Origin: Acidimicrobiales bacterium
GTDB lineage: Bacteria > Actinomycetota > Acidimicrobiia > Acidimicrobiales > JAJPHD01
NCBI GenBank assembly: GCA_050744025.1
Contig: JBOGGR010000327.1
Location: 1 to 13,468, forward strand
Direction of reading: 5' to 3'
DNA length: 13,468 bases
Notes under the pieces: model-generated
What the model saw: the letters and a program-made list of their open reading frames with translations, nothing else
Databases searched by the model: none
Told to the model about the DNA's origin: nothing
In this document: piece by piece, positions 11,291 through 13,468 of the stretch
Layout: each line of letters opens with the position of its first letter
Numbering within the stretch: position 1 is the first letter of the stretch
Program-made: the position numbers and the translations under genes

Positions 11291-13468
11291 TCAGGATGCC
11301 GAGGGGACCATGGCCACCAGGCTGCGGGCCCGGCGCAGCAGCGGGACCGCGCCCAGGCGCTCGAAGGTCCCGGCGGCCAGGGCAGCGAGCTCTGGCGCCC
11401 GGTCCGGCCGGTCCTGCGCAGCCAGCCACTCGGCGTGGTCCAGCCGGCTGAACGCCAGCCAGTACGGATAGCCCAGGCGTTCGAGCAGGGCCTCGCTCTC
11501 GGCGAAGTCCTCCTCCACCCCGGCGTGCTCCCCAGCCCCGGCCCCGGCCCGAGCCTCGACCCCCGTCCCGGCCCCGGCTCGCGTCCCGTCCCCCGCCCCC
11601 GTCCCGGCCCCCGCCCGGAACCGGGCCCGGAACCGGGCCGCCTGGGCCCGGAGGAACGGAGGAACCAGCCCGGCCGGCTGGTCAGCCACGAGGGCCAGGA
11701 GGGAGGCGGCCTCCTCCCTCCGGTCCAGCTCGAGGGCCGCCTCGACGGCAAGCGGCCAGGACAGCCGGAACGCCTCGTTGCACAGGCCCTCGGCCAGGAG
11801 GGACTCCCGCGCCGTCGTGCCCGCCAGCTCCAGGGCCTCGGGGATGCGGCTGTCGATGATGGCCACCGCGGCCGAGGCGTAGGCCCAGGCCAGGCGGTAC
11901 TGGACCTCGTCGGTGTGCTCCCAGGCGGCGATCCCGGCGAGGGCCGCCCTGGCCTCGGGGACCTGGCCGCGCATGACGTGGAGCATGACCGCACGGTCGG
12001 CGAACGAGTCGGCGCCCGGCCGGTCACGGGAGAGCTCGTCGAGGAGCCGCTCGGCCTCCTCGCAGCGCCCGGCCTGGAGGTGCTGCAGGGTCAGGTTGGC
12101 CCCAGCCAGCTTCTCGCCCGGTCGGTCCCCCAGGCGGCGGAACAGCTCCAGTGCGAGGACGGCGTGCTCGGCGGCCCCGGGCTGGTCGCTCTGGGCCCTG
12201 ATCTCTCCGCTCAGGGTGTGGGCGAAGGCGAGCTCCCGGGTGAGGTCGTGGGCCAGGGCGATGGCGACGATCCCGTCGGAGAGCACGGTGGCCTCCTGGC
12301 GCCGGCCGGCGAAGAGGAGCAGCATGCTCTTGCGCCTGAGGCAGGTGCAGAGGATCTCGGGCAGCTCGAGGGCCTCGGCCAGGAAGAGGGCCGTCTCCAG
12401 GTGGGCCGCCGCCTCCTCGCGGTGGCCGGCCAGCAGCAGGGCGCCAGCCATCGCCTGGGACAGGTCGGCCATGCCGGCTGTCCGGTCCCCCGGGCGGAGG
12501 ACCTCGAGGGCGGCGCGCAGGCGGGATATGGCCTCCTCGTGGCGGCCGAGGTGCCCGAGGGCCTCGGCCGTGCCGGCGACCAGGCGGGCCGCCTCGCGGT
12601 GACGCCCGGCGGCGGCGTGGGCGGCAATGGCCGCCTCCAGGAGCTCCAGGGACCGCTCGGCCCGGCCCGCCTGCCCGGCCATGCGCCCGGCCTGCTCGGT
12701 CAGAGCGGTGGCCTCCGCCTCCCCGCTGGCCAGGCCGGCCGCGGTGCAGTAGGCCGCCTCGGCCGCCTCCGGCGCCCCGACTGCCGCCGCCCGGGCTCCG
12801 GCCCGGGCGTAGGCCGCCAGCGCCTCGGCCCGGATCTCCCCGGCGTCCTCGTCCTCGGGCCCCGCCTCGTAGGCCTCCCGGTAGTGGGCGGCGATCACCT
12901 CGGCCATCTCCTCGCCGTCCCGGGCGAAGGCGGCACGCAGGTGGGCGGCCACGGCCCGATGGCGGGCCTTGCGCTCCCGCCGGCTCAACATGTCGTGGGC
13001 GACCGTGCGCAGCAGCGTCTGCACGAAGGTGTACTGCCCGCGCTCGGGCGAGAGGCGGTCGGCCCGGATGGCCAGGACCTCCTTGCGCACCAGCGAGCCG
13101 AGCAGCCGTTCCACCTCGGCCTCCGGGAGGCCTGTGACGGCGCCGACGGCAGCGCGGGGGAAGCTGCTGCCGAGCACGGACAGGCCCTTCACCAGCTCCC
13201 GCTCGGCCGGCTCCAGCCCGTCCAGGCGGGCGGCGATGAGCGAGGTCAGGCTGGACGGGACGTCGAGGTCCCCGATCTCCCCGACCAGGGTGTACACGCC
13301 GTCCCGGGGGAGGATCACGTCCCGGTCCATCAGGGACCGGACGGTCTCCACGGCGTAGAGGGGGACGCCCTCGGCCCGGGCCACGATCCGGGTCAGGGCG
13401 GCCTTGGGCATGCCGGGGACCAGGTCCTCCAGCAGGCGGCGCATGTCGGGCTCGGGGAGGGGGTCCAG
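11291..13468 (-). CDS. C-terminal region of a large STAND/AAA+ (AAA_16-type) ATPase-TPR family signalling protein, with about 725 aa inside the window. The N-terminus lies beyond the right edge.
   Basis: The frame is open to the window edge (...LDPLPEPDM RRLLEDLVPGMPKAALTRIVARAEGVPLYAVETVRSLMDRDVI...). This is the post-NTPase 'RxEGNPLFxxEL' helical motif typical of actinobacterial ATPase-TPR/LuxR-class and cyclase-associated regulators. After it come about 500 aa of Ala/Leu/Glu/Arg-rich TPR-like helical repeats (EALAAYARAG..., LGHLGRHEEAISRLRAALEV..., ALELFRRLGDRPGEKLAGANLTLQHLQAGRCEEAERLL...). Stop at 11291. Confidence 0.8.
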   Translation of the reverse strand: MDPLPEPDMRRLLEDLVPGMPKAALTRIVARAEGVPLYAVETVRSLMDRDVILPRDGVYTLVGEIGDLDVPSSLTSLIAARLDGLEPAERELVKGLSVLGSSFPRAAVGAVTGLPEAEVERLLGSLVRKEVLAIRADRLSPERGQYTFVQTLLRTVAHDMLSRRERKARHRAVAAHLRAAFARDGEEMAEVIAAHYREAYEAGPEDEDAGEIRAEALAAYARAGARAAAVGAPEAAEAAYCTAAGLASGEAEATALTEQAGRMAGQAGRAERSLELLEAAIAAHAAAGRHREAARLVAGTAEALGHLGRHEEAISRLRAALEVLRPGDRTAGMADLSQAMAGALLLAGHREEAAAHLETALFLAEALELPEILCTCLRRKSMLLLFAGRRQEATVLSDGIVAIALAHDLTRELAFAHTLSGEIRAQSDQPGAAEHAVLALELFRRLGDRPGEKLAGANLTLQHLQAGRCEEAERLLDELSRDRPGADSFADRAVMLHVMRGQVPEARAALAGIAAWEHTDEVQYRLAWAYASAAVAIIDSRIPEALELAGTTARESLLAEGLCNEAFRLSWPLAVEAALELDRREEAASLLALVADQPAGLVPPFLRAQAARFRARFRAGAGTGAGDGTRAGAGTGVEARAGAGAGEHAGVEEDFAESEALLERLGYPYWLAFSRLDHAEWLAAQDRPDRAPELAALAAGTFERLGAVPLLRRARSLVAMVPSAS
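11521..11650. repeat. In-frame low-complexity GC-rich microrepeat region inside the ATPase-TPR gene. It contains the motifs gtcccggccccg/gccccggcccc and a 12-bp tandem repeat x2 (cccggaaccggg at 11624-11635 and 11636-11647).
   Basis: Read directly in the sequence. It encodes RFRARFRAGAGTGAGDGTRAGAGTGVEARAGAGAGEHAG. Confidence 0.7.

Noticed and set aside
10449-12027. Minus ORFs 10449..11429 and 11230..12027; plus ORFs 11094..11471, 11913..12602, 12969..13358; minus 12211..12627
   Set aside because: These are wrong-frame or antisense shadows of the EAL and ATPase-TPR genes with low-complexity Arg/Pro/Gly/Ser translations.
1-13468. tRNA/rRNA genes, CRISPR arrays, IS elements or inverted-repeat termini
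   Set aside because: No T-loop (GGTTCGAAT-like) or cloverleaf candidates were found. No spaced identical repeats with unique spacers, no transposase-like ORFs and no long terminal inverted repeats were found. The window looks like conserved core chromosome, not a mobile island.

Overview
The window is high-GC (about 72%) bacterial DNA, probably actinobacterial. Every credible gene lies on the minus strand. Reading the minus strand 5'->3' (high to low coordinates) gives: (i) the C-terminal TPR-rich part of a large STAND/AAA+ ATPase-TPR protein that runs off the right edge; (ii) a tightly packed four-gene cluster made of a membrane degenerate-GGDEF/EAL c-di-GMP phosphodiesterase, an alpha/beta-fold serine hydrolase, a miniature NfeD-like OB-fold ORF and a flotillin/SPFH (band-7) protein; (iii) a candidate yybP-ykoY (Mn2+) riboswitch leader driving a UPF0016/GDT1(TMEM165)-family cation transporter; (iv) the conserved block queA-tgt-yajC-secD-secF, with secF running off the left edge. 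The many long plus-strand ORFs and the 1029-aa minus ORF in the track are GC-driven artefacts with Arg/Gly/Pro-rich low-complexity translations. Items worth a second look: the riboswitch with a duplicated 13-nt anti-aptamer-like element in its expression platform; the unusual flotillin module, in which a stand-alone alpha/beta hydrolase plus an OB-only mini-NfeD replace the usual ClpP-type NfeD and neither partner has a membrane anchor; several intergenic tandem repeats and homopolymer tracts at gene junctions (18 bp x4 with a C9/G9 run between queA and tgt; 24 bp x2 G-rich between tgt and yajC); a YajC with a ~140-aa acidic-then-basic tail; and a 32-codon Arg/Trp-rich ORF with perfect GC3 periodicity in an otherwise intergenic gap.
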